Positions 35,443 to 49,900 of a DNA stretch of 64,000 nt are shown one piece after another. The notes under the pieces were generated by a model. That model did not search any database, was not told where the DNA came from, and saw nothing but the letters and a program-made list of their open reading frames with translations. The position numbers and the translations under genes are program-made. Position 1 is the stretch's first letter, and every line of letters begins with the position of its first letter. Origin of the DNA: Ascidiella aspersa (Eukaryota); NCBI GenBank assembly GCA_963924565.1, contig OZ004612.1, forward strand, positions 20,894,001-20,958,000. Reading direction: 5' to 3'.

Positions 35443-37614
35443 ATGACTGCTGTGGTTTCTAGCAAGAATATGACGTCAACTCTTCCAAATCGCGACATGT
35501 TGGATCAAGCAAATACAAGCTCCAAAGATTTGGAAGAATTAAAGGAATTGTCGGAAAAACTTTGTTTGACGACAAGACGCCCATCAGTTGTGCACTGGAA
35601 GCAGGTGTTGTACTCGATTATTTAATTATTAAGTTATTTTCGATAAATTTTTTTGTAAGGTGATAATCGTAGACCAAAACATTAAAAACACAAATCGTTA
35701 ATTAGACTATAGAAAAACTATATATTAGTATAATTTGCAAATTAGTTACAAAGTGAAAATTAAAAAATTCGATTGTTGCCCAGATTATTGAATACCGTAA
35801 GTCAAGAGGGCAATACATTGCTGCACATAATGGACAGACGCTCAAAGAAAATATTTCCCTTCCGTCTTTAAATCAAAATTCTATGGATATCCAAACAAAC
35901 GATACCGCGAAGTTACCTCACTCCCAGGTTTGTAAGGCAGAACATGCTGCGTTATTTTGTAGAACAAACAACTATTGTATCAGTTATTTCTGAACCTCTA
36001 TCATAAAATTTGGTAAAATGTATGCCTCGATTGATTTTTAAAAGCAAATTTAAAAATAATTAAACATTATTATTTTGACCCACATGGCATAATGTTTTAT
36101 TTTCAATATGCCAGTTGACTAAACGAAATAAGTTTGTTTTACATACTAACAAAAAAGTAAATGATTTTGACGCTATGCTGTGAATAGTTTAAAAAAGTTT
36201 TGATTGTTGTATATCAAATTTAGAGTACTGGTGTTTCTATGACCATTTTAGTTTCTATGAATCGTAAATCTATATATTAGCCAATATTATTATTATTTCC
36301 TTGATTTTATTTCTGAAGTTTACCACCCCAACCAAATCGATGCCACCTAACCTCGCAATGAAAGGTGTCACCCCGACTCCCACCCGCCAATTAAGAGGCA
36401 TCGAAAAAGCGATTCCAGAAGACTGCGAGGAATCTACTGTCATTCCCGCAACGAATATCAACAAAGAAAATAATTCCTCTGCAACTGATTTGAAATCAAG
36501 ATATCGAAAAGTTTCCCAACTTCTACAGCAACTGCGTACAGAATTGGTGAGATATAGCAGGCCATTCGTGATACAAAATAACTCATATGCTACGAATGAA
36601 ATACATTAATGCCAGTTGGTTGTTAACATTGTGAACGATTTTTTTGCGTAAATTAGCATGAATAGCATCATTCCAGCGTTCAACATAGTGGAAAGCGACA
36701 TGAAGTTCTTTCTTTTTTTAAATATACATATTCCCCGATGTATTGCATAGATACCCCTTTGGTAGACTGCTGTTAATCTTTGTGGTTATTAGCTGGTAAG
36801 AATAAGAAACACAGCTTGATGGTTTGCCTCAAAAACAACTATTTTCATGGTTTCTGTAGTTATTTTCTTAATGTATGTAAAGCAGGTTTGAGGTCGTTAC
36901 TTTGGAGCTGTCAGAGCCTTAATTTTGATGCCCTTTTCCAAGTTTAAAAAGTAAAGGTATAAACAACTATACGTCAATGATGCTGGGCAAAATATAAGAT
37001 TTAAACCAGCACTGACAGCAGTATAACGTTTTATGGCAGGTTTTAATGCGCATAGAGGACAATAAACTGGCCCGACAGCTGCTGAACGTCAGACACGAAA
37101 TCACAACAGTGCGAGCCCACCAGAGTTGCCAGGAACATGCAGAAATGCTGGACGAAGTTACTTTCGAACTCGAGGAAGAAGAAGAAACCACGGGCGTGAT
37201 TAAGGGTGAGTTGGATTTCGCTCAATTATATACTCTCATGTGATAAATGTGAGCTTAACAAAAGTTGATTATAAGTATAATGTACATTGGATTTTTTTTT
37301 CGGAAACGAGGAATATTAGACTATAAATGATCTCGTTTCTTTAAAGGAAGCAAAACAATGGCTCAGTAACCTATTTTTATTCCGATCCATTTCATTGCTG
37401 TCTGGTTAGGACGGTTGTGTCGGGTCGAACAGATAACAAATATACAAGCGTGTAACTGGTTGTGTATATAATCTAAACAATTTACATATGTATTTCATTT
37501 GCAGCTTGTGATCTTCACACGAGACCTGAATCGCTCATGTCTGCTTTTTCACCGCTTCGTCACATTGGTCTCAGCAGGTTGAACCTTAACCGACGACGAT
37601 TCTCTATTCGATAG
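35443..37614 (+). CDS. FAM167A: FAM167 family protein, about 269 aa
   Basis: Exons 35443-35604, 35784-35927, 36319-36546, 37040-37205, 37505-37614. LKELSEKLCLTTRRPS, LRTELVLMRIEDNKLARQLL, HAEMLDEVTFELEE and PLRHIGLSRLNLNRRRFS match FAM167A/B conserved blocks; A versus B cannot be resolved. Confidence 0.9.
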
Positions 37615-39084
37615 TTTCGCTATGCTATGATCTTAACTTTACACACGTTGCTTTTTATGTTCTTGTTTATTGTTTGTTTCGATAATTGCCGACTGAAGTT
37701 TCACCGCAATAAAAGCGACAGCATAAGCAATTTGAGTAAATCCAACTAGTCGAATCATTACGAGGTGAAAGGTAACCCAAGTACCGAACAAATCTTTATT
37801 TATTTCGGATTTTGCTTTACTGAAGGTATTGCGATATGTTTGACTTTTCTTTTTTGCTACCAAATCAATTTAGACCAGTAGCCTAAGGATTTCATAATTT
37901 TAAGGTATCCAAAAATAAAAAAATGCTTTTTTTTCTAATATTGCATACTGACCATTTAAGGTCCATTCTAATTTGCATGTTATTTGCAAACACTACATAT
38001 GTTACCAACATCACTTTTAACAAAAAACAAAAATATTTCCTTAAATAAAGAAAATAACAGCCGTAAAAGTTAGCGATAGGGAACTTGCATGCCGTCGGCC
38101 ATATTTAAAGATTAACATTTTATCAATAGTGAATACCGTATTTTCAGTTTTTGTAAAGCATCGGCTAAAAGATCATAAATTGTTTAATGACAAGAGACAA
38201 AAAGGAATATTATTTGGCAACGCGCTCTCTCCAGTTCTGCAATATGGACGAATATATTGGCAATAAAAATTATAAATAAGCGGTTTTAAACTGTGGTCTG
38301 TGAACTCATAAGAGTCCGCGAGAAAGTCTAAAGAGATCCGAACAGCATGATTCAAATTTTAACAAGATGCTCTTCCAGCGATTTCTTATCTAGTAAGTAT
38401 CGGACATTTCGAGAACCTATACAGGGTGTTTTATCAGGGAATAAATTCATCACGCATGACATCACGCAAAGTAAAAATCAAAAGTCAGGGATTTCTTACT
38501 ATATGTTTTGTATAAAAAAAGACTACTCGAACCTGAGTACGACCTGCGCATGCGCAGTACCAAGTTTGGAACTGTTGAGGCCGCATACTGTAAGTCGAAA
38601 AGGTGGAACAACACAAGGCGTATTTGGGAGGATAACCTACAGGCAAATTGCTGTTTATATGTCCTATTTTAAGTTCGTAAATTGAATACAGACTGTATAA
38701 AGTAAGAACCAGGCTTGACGGATCGGTAAATTTGACCGGAATCGACTTCACCATATTATAGTATACAATAATTACATGGCCATATTGTAAATCGATACAA
38801 TTCGCACAAAGCGCGATAAAATTGGATTAACTATAGTTAACTTGGCTGACTAAAAATTAGAGCGGCTCCTTTCGGATAAAATTTGCATCAATTACATTTT
38901 GTGATTTGCAAGTATAGCCTACTGTAAAAATTAAAAAGTTACGAGGCCTGAAAATTATGCTGAATTAAGTATCAATATATAAATTTAATAAAAATATGTA
39001 CAAATGAGTTAGAAACAGGGCTCTGACTTGCGTACTGAAGGACAATGCTACATTAAATAACTATACGTACTACAGATTCTAATA

Positions 39085-39528
39085 CAGAGGTGTCCAACTC
39101 AAATATGTCGGCGTGCCAACTTTTATCCTATAACTTATTCCCGTGCCAAAGTTTAGTAATATAATTCTTTCTAATAATTAAAGCGTTTTGTTACAAATAA
39201 TAAAAACGTGTAGTCAGCAGTGCGCATTACTGCATCTAAATGTCCGTCGGTTAGCTGACTTTTGCTTTTTGTTTCTTTAAACCAAACTTTATAGTTTTGT
39301 GAATGCTAGCCTCCACTACAATATAATATTATAGTATTAGAAGTAATGTGTGTTGTCGTGATTGCAGCGATTGTTTTATATTGTGAATAAACAATGGCAA
39401 TTTACTATATAAAAAATTAGGTATTTTTTTACAATTGGCTGAATTGCAAATTAAGTAATTTAGGGGGGTTTGCGTGCCATTTTTTATTTGGTCGCGTGCC
39501 AAATGTGGCCGCTTGTTGGACACCCCTG
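39085..39528. mobile_element. hAT MITE
   Basis: TIR cagaggtgtccaac / gttggacacccctg, cgtgcca repeats, TSD ttctaata. Confidence 0.9.
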
Positions 39529-40987
39529 TTCTAATATAAAAAATGACAAAAGTTCAATAATTTACAATAAATCTAACAATTTATGGAAGCACTTATAAAG
39601 TTAAACCTCAATAAAAAAGGCAAATGGTTGTTTTATTTAGACTCATTTTAAGGTATATAAGTAGAGGTAGCAATTCACCTATAAAGAGTGTGACGTATAC
39701 TCTTTACGTCAAATAAATTACGGTTGTAAGATCTGTAATTGAACGCAGATGCTAGTTTTTTGAATTGTTACTGCTTACAGAATTTTTTTACCGACGAGAT
39801 CGAACGATGCAGTTTAAGGCAAATAATTAAACTTATAAGGCAAATTTTTACTTGATATGGATTTCTTACTTTTGACTTAGCTTGAAGTTTTACCATTTGT
39901 GGTTTGTTTTGCATTTCTATATGAATTTTATATACTGAATTCGCCTAAATAAAATTAATACACTTGTAACCAAGTTTTTTAACTTTCTATTTTGGGTCGA
40001 GTTTAGAGCGTTTTGGTGCTTAAGATTAAACACCGTTTTGCCAATGTAGTATAATCTGCTGATGAGTATTAATATAAAAGTGATGCCCAATGGATGTATG
40101 AATAACACATTTAACTGCAAGTTTCGTGATATATTTACATAGTTAAATGGTTTAACAAAACAGAAAACGTAATCAACATTAAGAGAACAGCAAAGTGTTA
40201 ATTCGGAAATAGACCACTTGAAATTTTCCAAAATGTGTTCTTAAAACTGAGCAAAACTTTTTCAAGAAAGGTCTTAACCTCGGTTGACGACATGTAAGTG
40301 GGCGGTGACCTAAAAACGAAATATCACAGAACAACAATTAGATTTTAAAGGTAGTCTTGGTGAAAGCTTACCATAAAAACATCGCAGCCCAAGGTATAGG
40401 CAAAAGTGCGTTCCGGCGAAGTTAACCTGATCTGTTATAAAGTGTTTCACGACTTTCATGTTGCTGTTGCCTGTTGCTAACATTTTAATGTTTACTTTTT
40501 ATTTTTCTTAAATTAAATATGTATTGATTATACAAAAAAAATGTTTTGATTGTAAAAAACAAAAAATACACAATAAACATCTAACGACACATACATCAAC
40601 AGCACATGTTTACATCCAATTAAAATGCGTCTAAAAATGAATTAAGTCTTCAGTAAGATTTCTGAAAGTATAATGTGTTTTATGACTCAAGAGCAGTTGG
40701 CGTTGCCAATACTACGACTTTCCGAAATGGCTAACCCTAGTTAAATAATGAAGACCTATAAATTGTTTTGATCGATTCAAAACTAAGGCCCCATTTAAGG
40801 GAGGTGTACGATCACATGCAGCAAGCAGTGATATCAGTTTCTCTACTTGCTTCCCAGTGAGCCAGCGTAGTTCAGTCTAAATCGACGGCACTGGAACGGT
40901 CGAGGCAATTGTCGTGAATTCGAATCTTACCACAAACTTGCTTTTTTAGTAGCAAATGCCTTGTTTGTAGTTAAATCATAATACTTA

Positions 40988-43900
40988 TTACAAAGTTATA
41001 TCGATTCTAACGGCGTGGTTGGCCATTCGGTGATTTAAATGGTTGATGGAAAGATAATCTGTTGAAACTCTGTATCGCTTTTAAAACTTATACGATTTAA
41101 TAAAGAATATTTTTTTGCCTGTAAAACGAGAAAAATGAATTCATTGTTGTTTTTTGTAAAAAAATAACTACAGAGAATTTTGATAAATAAAGCTCCGAAC
41201 ACAACGGTTGTCTTGTTAAACGTACGTATAATCAACTGCACTAAATTCTCCTAAAACTCTATTAGAACTAACGGTCATGTAATTAAACTGAATACCTTGA
41301 AAGAAGCATGTAGTTGAAGTAAACGTTATTCATTGTTCCTCGTAACATGGCTGTATTGTTTGTGAGTATTGTATTTCTTACACCCACTTCTAAGGTTAAC
41401 GTTCTTGACCCAGTTGAATTAAAGAGCTGAAACGTAATTATATTTTAAGCCAGTTTTTGTCCACCCAGCAAAAGAATGCAATAATTTTCAAAAAATACAT
41501 TCTTAAGTAACATTGCTGCCAGATAGGGGTCGACTGTTCGTTAACTCCCAAGACAAACAACAACAAAGACATTTAGAAGGCCTATACTATACAGGGATTA
41601 ATTTGTAGATGTTACCTCTGAACTGTACATATAGAAGTATATTTGTACAATAGAAGGGTCGTTTGAAGCCCCATAGACCTGGTAGACGGTATAGTAAGCT
41701 GATATTTGTGGAACTGAAACAGATCCCCCAAATGTGGACCAACTGCCAGAACCGTCCGCTCCAAGGTTGCCGTGCTCCTAATAAATTAAAGTTCATAATT
41801 GCAACGATCTACAGAAAAGAAAGAAATATACTAACAAAAAATGAAATCTCTTTTTTATTGTCCGCCACAAACTTTATTTATTTTTTGAATATAGCTATGC
41901 ATCCTGTGACCAGCGCAGTGTTTCTTAACCGTTTTTGAAGTCAGGGTGAACCACCAAAAATTTGGCGGAGCACCTGGCGAGCGAAGCGAGCGCGATTTTT
42001 GTTTTGGTATACCGGAATTTGTTTTGAATTTATTTGTTTTAAAGTTGTTAATAGATAGGCTTCATAGCATAATCCTTAAAGTACTGTATGCTCAATGAGA
42101 GATAAGCCGAAAGAAATATGTTTATATGTCCACTATTAAAAAAAAATATGTCTATTATTTTTTTAAAGTTTTCCGTTTGCCCGCGGCACACCGGTTAAGA
42201 AGCGCTGGCTGGCGACACAGCAGATGTTTGGTGTTACTTAAACGTTTGTTACGCACAGAGACATTTACATGTTTGACAATGTATTGTAGGGTTACAACGG
42301 GAACACATAATAAAACATAAAAAGTAACAATTAATATCTTAAGCAGAAAAATCTATAAAACCATAGTATTGAGACCAACGACGTAATACAGCCAAATACG
42401 CAGTAATATCCAGTACAGCATAGGTTCAAATTCGTCTGAATAAGACCTATATTCATCGGAATAAGGTCTAAATCCATCGGAATAAGGTCTAAATTCATCA
42501 GAATTAGTCCTAAATTCATCGGAATAATGCCTAAATTCATCGGAATAAGGCCTAAATTCATCGGAATAAGGCCTAAATTCATCGGAATTATGCCTAAATT
42601 CATTGAAAGAAGGCCTAAATGGCCAAAATAACCCCCGAACCTGTGGGTATATAGGGTATGAGACGATCGGGGGCCATGGGTCTGGCATCGGCCGTTTTGG
42701 TGACTACGACGCCGTCCAGGCACCGCTGTTTGGGCACCGGATTTTTGGTCCTGTTTGGGGTTATTGGGGGGTAATCGGTGGGTTTAGAAAATGGGTTGTT
42801 GAAATTATTAGGGAAGTTAGTGATGTACTTAGGGGTTGGGTTTTGGGTTAGTTAAAGTGTTGGTTTGATTCTGACCTTTTTAGGTCTTATTCCGACGGAT
42901 TTAGGACTTATTCCGATTTAATACCATTAGGTATTAGTCCTATCTTGATCTTATTCCGAATTGTGTTTTATTCTGTCGTTGGTGTTGTTCTTATTTCAGT
43001 TTTATGGCAGGAGTCCGTAAGCCTACACTTGTGTACAAAAATCGTAAACTGATAATAAGGCATTTGATTGGTGGTTTACGGCGCATATAAACAGTTATTC
43101 TGCAGATAAGTATTCCCATGTTAGACGGATATTACAATTAACAACAAAACTTACCTGCTGTAAATGGATTTACATGTGTTGTAAACAAGTTGTTTTAAAT
43201 ACCTTTTAAGCATAAAAAATAACTTCAAAAGTCAAGCTATTTTTAGATAATAGTGAAGTGAAGTAATAAACATCAAAAATAAAATACAATTACACAAAAA
43301 TGATAAATTCTTTCGATTTCACGCAATATGTGCACAACAGAGTCATAAAATACAGCAATTACCAACTAAACGGCTTTACGTATAAACCTAAGGTAAATAG
43401 ACCATTACGGTTAAAATGAAACAATTTAAACCCTTAATTTCAGGCCAGGTTATTTAAAAAAAATTTTGAAGTAACTTTGACTTTGTTTACATCTGGTGTT
43501 GCAGACAAGTCTGCAGTATTACCATCAAGCGAATGTCATGGCGGAGTCCATCCGTATTGCGAACAAGCATTGACAAAGTGAATGGATGCGAAGTCTTGGT
43601 AAGCCCAATGTAAGTGTTATTGTCACTGTAATGCAAGCACTAATGTCAGCTGAAAAAGCAGATAAAAACCAAATTATAATTTTGTCAAAAAACATGTTGT
43701 CAAAAAAGATTGGATAACAGTTTTACCTTTTAAAAGAAGAAACACAAAATTTTGAATGCTTAAAAGGTGTATCTTCGAAAATACTAAACACATACCTAAA
43801 GGAAGAATTGTATTGCAGATTTTGACGACTTGAGATCTCAGTTTCCACAGTAAGCTAAATATAAATATTTAGAAACGAATACAGCATGCAAATATAGATC

Positions 43901-46900
43901 GAATTGTTGTTTTACTTTCACTTTAAGTTATCGGTGACACTGTAGTGATTATTGTATACCGAATTTAACTAAAAAATAAACAACCTTATTTCCACCATCG
44001 TACATATCGCTTCCTCCATCCGTAATTGACTTTCCACTTCTGTCGTCGTACTTATACTTGTACAGACTTTCGTCGGACAGGTAAATCTCACGAGCAGCAG
44101 TGGATAGAGCGTCGACAAATCTTGTAATGTTATTCTTGTCTAAAGTTTAAATTAAATGGCTTTCGTTTTTTGTTACGTCACTTTCTGAATAATCGCAGAG
44201 TAAATCCACGTAAACTTATATTATATTATAAATAATATTTGAAAACTTATTGTGCGGTAAACAAATCCATTTTAATTCCAATAAGGGATGTCCGATACTT
44301 AATAATTGTCATCCGAGACATACAACCAATATTTTAACTCAACAGTATTTTAACTCAACAGTATATTTTTAACTCAACAGTATATTAATGACACCTTTCG
44401 TATGCTCAAGAGGAAATAAGGGGAATCGCCTTTCTAAATATTTTGTAATGTACTTTAACGTCCCATTGTATAATATCCACAGTTATCCTTCTGTATTCTT
44501 TAAAAATGTTTGAGAAATAAACATTGCTCCAAATCTTACTTACAATTACATTGTGCTATTTGACGTTCAGCATATTCTTCTCTTCTGATTGTTTGATCTG
44601 AATAAAGTTCAACAATAAACACGTATTTTAAATAATAATAAATCTTAATGCTAAAAATTGGCAAAAAATATATTGTCATTTCTATAACTAAAATTGGACG
44701 TTAAGCTTGTTAACAAACTAACTGGAGAAAATAAAATGTTTTATTACGAAAGTTTTTATGCCTTTATATATGCTGGCTAAATTTTTAGGGCATTTGTTCC
44801 CAATCTTTTCTGGCGACGTACCACCTGTAGTGACTTAAGTTTTAACTATAGCGAATAAAGATCTCATATATAATTGTATTGTTTTGTATTTTATTCTAAC
44901 GCAAAAATTATAGTTAACTATTTATATGTAGCAGGAATATAAAATAACATATATGTAGTACCATTTGAAAAGTTTCGCATGTCTCTTTATGTATTTTCAA
45001 CATGATGAAAAAGCACTGCAACTATTTTAAAAATTTACAAACCTTATTTAGTAGTTATAATGTAGTTACATGTTAACATTATAGCATTACCCTGTAGTTT
45101 AATTGCGCGACGATTGCATATCTCAAGTTGAAGTCTGGTGTTATTTGTTTCATCTGAAAAACCACACAAATCGTTGGGGATTATTTTGAAACGTTAGAGA
45201 TGGTATTAGAAACTACCCCTGAAAATTGTTTTAGTCGCTTTTTGTTTATCATAACTTAAGGTAGAGAAAGTGAAGTATAAGTTTTTATTAGTTTAAAAGG
45301 TTAAACATTTATACCATTACCAGAAACATGTAAAACATATATAGTATTTTACATCTATCCAGTTAACTTTTTTGGGTCATTAAAATACAGAGAATTATTA
45401 ACGAAGCCACCGTATAACACAGCACACTTTTACCTATTTTTTACAAATTAGACCAAAGCCCAGACGCTATAAGATTAGTATTTAAAAATGTAGGAATCGT
45501 ATTCCTATATAGCATTTTTGTTTTACCAATACTTTACACAGCAACCAACCTCGACAGGAATTTATTTCTGAGCCGTGTCTTTCACGATCGTCGCTTCTGC
45601 TCTCGTTACAACAACTTAAATCGTCTAAACATCGATAATTTTTAAACATACGTTAGAGTTTTACAACCGCTGATCCGTAAAAGTATACCAACTTAAAATA
45701 CGTTTTTTTTTGGTTAAGTTAACCCCAAAACTTATGAATATTTCAATTATCTATACACGTTTGGGACATTTATATGACCAACTTAACTATACATTATAGG
45801 CATGAGCAACGCCTATAGTAGTTCGTTTAGAAAGCCATGATATGTAAGTTAACTAATTTAAATCGATATAATAAATACAGGTCAAGATTAGCGTTTTTGA
45901 CAATTGTTCTAAAAGGATCCGGATCGCTAAAACTTTTTAATGCAGTATAATGTAGCGTCTTCATCACATGCCAGCAATCCTGCCGATGGTACGGCGACAG
46001 CTGTTTAGTTCTTGGGACGCGTTCAGATTACCCAGGAACGTGACTAAGAAACAACAAGCCAATAGTCAATATATGCTATAATTATAGTATTCAAACTATA
46101 CACGTTGAACTAGATCGCGATAAAGATAATCGCCAGTCCAGAAAGCGGCCGTGGTTCAAAGAATGCGAATATGGTGATCCCTTGCAAGAAAAAAAATCAC
46201 GAAAAATTGAAACACTCTTCGCCGTGTTAAATTTGCCGTAAGCCTAACTGTTTATGCTAGCCCATGCACCCTCTCCGTTGTGCGGTTGGTGATTTTTACA
46301 AAAACAAAATGTACTTATTTACCTTCGTTATGACAAATAAAACATTAAAACCTTTTGAAGGCGTTCTATCTTAATCAGGCCAACGGGCTGAGTTCGACAT
46401 TAACTTAATCAATTGCTGTCTATATGTACCATCGTAGGAGCCTTACCTTTCACATTGATAAGCTGGTTTCGTATTTTAAGAAATTCTTCTTTCGTGAAGT
46501 TTTGTTGCTGAAGAAGCACCTCTTTAACAAAAATTGTAAAGGATTTAATTTAAACTTTAAAAAGAGTGTTGGCTAACCATACGCGAAACAATATCGACCA
46601 AAAGCTTGAGCAGGAGCGGATGATATCCGCATATTTGTTGATATACATACCAGATGGATTAATGTAGGTAACCATCAACCATAAATAGTGTACACAATAT
46701 TCACAAAAACTACTGGGTTTTTTTAAGACGTAGTATTTATATCCATAACATTTATGCATTGTACAGCTTAGGAAGATTTGTGCTTATTTAAAACGTTTCT
46801 ACATAGTTTATTTAGTTTTACCAGTTCTATTCATTTGTAGCCTATCAATCTTTTGCAGTCTTGTATTAAATTCTTCAGAACCGAGCTGTGACATTTCTGA

Positions 46901-49900
46901 AACAATTATGCTTGATTAACATAATATACTATTTTTCAAAAAATGGAGGACCAGGAGTTGTTAAACTAGTTCGGTTGACCACTTGAGAAAGGTATGTGGA
47001 CAACTTTTTTGTACACGAAGGCCTAATTAAAATCTTAGTGTATAATTTACAAAATAAAAAAAAAAATTAAAGGAAAGAGTTTTTTGAAGAGGCGCTTTGA
47101 CACCTTCTTAAATATATTTAGACATTTAAGTTTAAAATTTAAGCATGAGTTCGGCGAATAATGACTAGTTTCTTAAACAACATGCTTCAATTGCTTCATG
47201 ACGTTAATAAATGACGTTACATGTGGGAAATTCATGCCGACCCTGGTTCACACAAACTAAAGAAGAATTGGGTCTCTGCGATAAAAATAGTTTAAGAACC
47301 CCTGGTATATACAAAACAAAAATTAATTAATCTTTTGACTATTTTGCACTCTTAAATTATTTGTCTAATCTAATTCATATCATCATTTAAGTTTCCTCGC
47401 CAATTAAAATTTACAAAAAAAGCAAACAAAATGGTTGTTCGGTAAAAACCTAATTTTAATATACCGTACCTTTCAAATTCATGAGAAGCTTTTTGATCCT
47501 ATGCAGTTCTGATTTTGTGTCGTTGTTTTGCAGTACAACAGCTTCTGTAAAGAACACAGGGATGTTTTTATTGAGGAGTTTTTATTTAAAAGATTTATGT
47601 AACTATAGTTGACTTCGCAAGGCCGTGTCTGGGGTGTCGATGTGTAATTTAAAAATAACTAAAAAAAAAATTGGCAGTAAAGAAGCAGGAGACCCGCCTA
47701 TCAAATGATTTTGGTAATGGCTTTAGTAAACCAAACGTGCTATTTGCGTCACCGTTGTTCTTCTTTTAATCAATTAGTAAAGCTTTGATCAAATGGTTTG
47801 TCTAGTCCAGGGGTTCCCAACCTTTTTAAGATCTCGTACCATATTGGACGCTCTGTACGGCCACGCGTACCACTTCTTGCAGAACAACTAATATCGAATC
47901 ATATTTTTAGCTTACAACTAGTATTATTCAACGCTAAAACAGTACATTATATTTATCAAGAGTAATCATTTGACATAATTAACGCCCAATGTACCACACA
48001 GCGTTGTGCGCTTTTCAAATCAACTGTGTTCCTTGTCGACAATTGACATGTCCTGTATTTTAAAGATCGCATTGTTTCGAAACAATAAGAATAGTTACGT
48101 AACAATAAGAATGAGCTTCGGGGAAATTTTTTTGTAAACAAAATATGAAGTTGTGAATCTAGAGTTTTAGGAGAATAAAACGGAAGCTACTCGCGTACCA
48201 CCTGTAAAGCCTTCGAGTACCACTATAGTGGTACGCGTACCACAGGTTGGGAACCCCTGGTCTAGTCAGTAGGAACCGTAGCTATTTCTCGACTACCCGA
48301 GCACAGGCGTTTTGTAACGTCCAGAAAATCGCTGAACAACCTTTTCACGCAATTAAGGTTATTAAATGTTAATTTACTCTATATTTAGTTCACGTTTAGT
48401 TTTACCTAACATTGCAAACTGAGGTAAACGAAAAAAAAAAAGTATTACCAGCTTTACAAAACTTTAGACAAACGACATAAATAGTACACTACTTTCAGCC
48501 AGATTTCGTTCCCCCCCCAAAAAAAAACATTGAAATGAAACTGTGATGCTCACTGGTAAAGTTACAGACCCTCGCTTTGACTTGGTTCAAAGGTATAGAA
48601 TAGATAAATGGCTTTCACCAGTGGTGTAAACTGAATATAGAAGCTTTGTGAAATCCCTTACACTTCAATCGCCAGGCAGCGCATTTGCACTTTCCCAAAA
48701 AATTAACAAGATTATAGCGTTACAGTATTTAAACGAAAAAGATTGGAGCATTCAACGGGTCAAACTGACATAATTCTCCATCAAAGTTTGTCGTCTAATT
48801 ACTTACATATAGAATAAAGTTTCCGTTTAATTCTAAGGGTTGCTGTTTGGATAGCGTATAGATTTCGTTTAGTTAAATAGGTGGTTGATTCATATGTAAA
48901 CTCGATTTATCGGCTAAATCAGTGTTTCTCCACCATTTTTCAAGGCGACCCAAATACTAAGCGTAAATTTTACAGCGAAGCTTTGGCGACTTAATTTTCT
49001 TCACTAAATGTTTTGTAAGCTTTAAGAGAGTAAAACACGATAAAGGCAATAGCAATGATAAACAAATTTAATGAATATGAGCCATGTCTTATACACCTGA
49101 ATTGTAGAAATCTTGCTCACAGCCAATATAAATACGTGCACTACGGCAGTCGGCGACCGAACCAAATCAAACGTCCACTCAATTTTGGATGGCGACTTAA
49201 GGGTTAACAAACACTGACCCCATGTGACATCCACAAAAATGTTTAGCTTAATTCGCGCTCGTACAATCCGATCGGTTATACAAATGCTGGTGATCGGGTT
49301 AAATTTAAGATAGAACAAAAGTCGTGTATCAGAATTATTAGCAAATGGGATCTGTTTGGTTTGTAATTGCGATTACAACGCTGCAAACACGTAGAATAAA
49401 ATTGCAAAAGTGTCAAATTACTTGATTTAAACTTAACATCATAGTCTCTGTAAAATCTGTATTTTTAAAGTAAATAATCATAAAGAAGGAATCTCATGAT
49501 ACAAACACTAAGTTGCTAGACTTCACATAAAGGCGATAATAGAAAAACCGTTTCCATTACTTACTTTCTAATTTTACAACACTATGACGCAATTCAAGAT
49601 CTATTGAAGTACTAAATATTGTATTGTCTGGCACGCGATTGCAAGCTTTCAACACTTGAATCATCGCAATGGTTCTTTGAAACATTTTTGCCGTGTTTGT
49701 TTCATTTCAAAGATTTTGGTGTTCTGTATACTGTAATGTTTACAAGTAAAATGCTAATTCGTTAACGCAACAGAATACCTTCAACTTTGGAAAGCCCCGT
49801 ACTAATTTCGCGTCCTTTCGCTTCCGTGTTGTTATTTTGTCGCATAATAAAATCTGTAATATAAATTGTTTCACAAAGCATCACTTGCAATGTTAACTTG

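Noticed and set aside
38542-38558. NRF1-like palindrome tgcgcatgcgca
   Set aside because: Lies between convergent 3' ends, not at a promoter; probably part of a repeat.
42331-42851. ORFs with SDEFRPY / MNLGLIP heptad repeats, and a CRISPR-like appearance
   Set aside because: By-products of a 21-bp tandem repeat with no unique spacers, inside an intronic repeat element of a eukaryotic gene.
43155-43157. Possible 3-nt micro-exon (tttacag CAG gtaagt) in the head-domain region
   Set aside because: Frame-compatible but not needed; the flanking exons join sensibly without it and there is no supporting evidence.
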